A stretch of 64,000 bases of DNA from an uncultured Gammaproteobacteria bacterium (GTDB lineage Bacteria > Patescibacteriota > Microgenomatia > Levybacterales > UBA12049), in NCBI GenBank assembly GCA_964635045.1, contig CAZWMJ010000003.1, positions 12,011 to 76,010 of the forward strand. The letters are read 5' to 3'. A program made the position numbers and the translations under genes. Positions 63,764-64,000 of the stretch are shown one piece after another. Below the pieces are notes generated by a model that did not search any database, was not told the origin of the DNA, and worked only from the letters and a program-made list of their open reading frames with translations. Position 1 is the first letter of the stretch. Each line of letters opens with the position of its first letter.

Positions 63764-64000
63764 ATGAAAACAGGAGTAGCTTTTGGGGATTTTATAAGAA
63801 CTGAGAAATTGTCGCGAAGACACGATGATGATTTTTCCATGCGAAGAGCCAGAATGCGCGATTCTCTGATGCTGCTGTCTTTTATTTTGGTTTTTACCCT
63901 TCTTTTTATCAGACTTTTTTATATTCAAATTTTTCAAGGAGTCTACTATCGCAATCTTTCCGACAATAATCGTTTGCGAACAACCGTTATTCACGCTCCC
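63764..64000 (+). CDS. mrdA: Penicillin-binding protein 2 (MrdA), N-terminal fragment running off the window
   Basis: MKTGVAFGDFIRTEKLSRRHDDD...LLSFILVFTLLFIRLFYIQIFQGVYYRNLSDNNRLRTTVIHAP has the typical PBP2 N-terminal TM and R-x-x-x-x-NR-x-R motif. No stop before the end of the window. Confidence 0.65.
   Translation, partial: MKTGVAFGDFIRTEKLSRRHDDDFSMRRARMRDSLMLLSFILVFTLLFIRLFYIQIFQGVYYRNLSDNNRLRTTVIHAP

Noticed and set aside
1-64000. rRNA genes, CRISPR arrays, prophage structural genes
   Set aside because: No 16S/23S/5S signature stretches, no short regularly spaced repeat arrays, and no capsid/terminase/portal-like ORFs were seen.

Overview
This window is a low-GC, gene-dense bacterial chromosome segment. 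Its small proteins, many Wzy/O-antigen-ligase-like membrane proteins, glycan-modification genes, and lack of CRISPR or rRNA resemble Patescibacteria/CPR-type genomes; that assignment is inference.

Recognisable housekeeping content:
- argS, ndk, two mreB paralogs with mreCD and the start of mrdA
- rplL-rplJ-rplA-rplK-nusG-secE, rpmG, rpmB, fmt, def, galU, galT, glgA, nadC, and an HrpA-like DEAH helicase
- seven tRNAs: Pro-CGG and Arg-CCT, plus a Trp/Thr/Tyr/Thr cluster

Accessory and unusual content:
1. A LysW amino-group-carrier cluster (lysW-lysX-argC-argB-argD) followed by a YafJ-type Ntn amidohydrolase instead of LysK.
2. A ~100-bp repeat-element family, analogous to Rickettsia palindromic elements, with intergenic copies and in-frame copies inside two coding genes.
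3. Pervasive heptanucleotide tandem-repeat tracts inside intact housekeeping CDSs. The identical (TTCCAAT)n tract occurs in three unrelated genes.
4. A sulfatase-like::PAPS-reductase-like fusion in a carbamoyltransferase/SGNH/glycosyltransferase cluster.
5. A GC-rich dnaA-like island between rplK and nusG, and further insertions that break the conserved rpmG-secE-nusG-rplKAJL synteny.
6. A tRNA-Pro gene followed by a tRNA 3'-half scar and an HTH/LAGLIDADG-like ORF.
7. Tandem surface-protein paralogs with identical termini and swapped central modules.
8. 112-bp direct repeats flanking a small ORF, next to a PaaX/Cas2-fold protein.
9. Recurring hairpin and operator-like motifs.

All calls come from reading the sequence and the ORF translations. 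No database searches were run.
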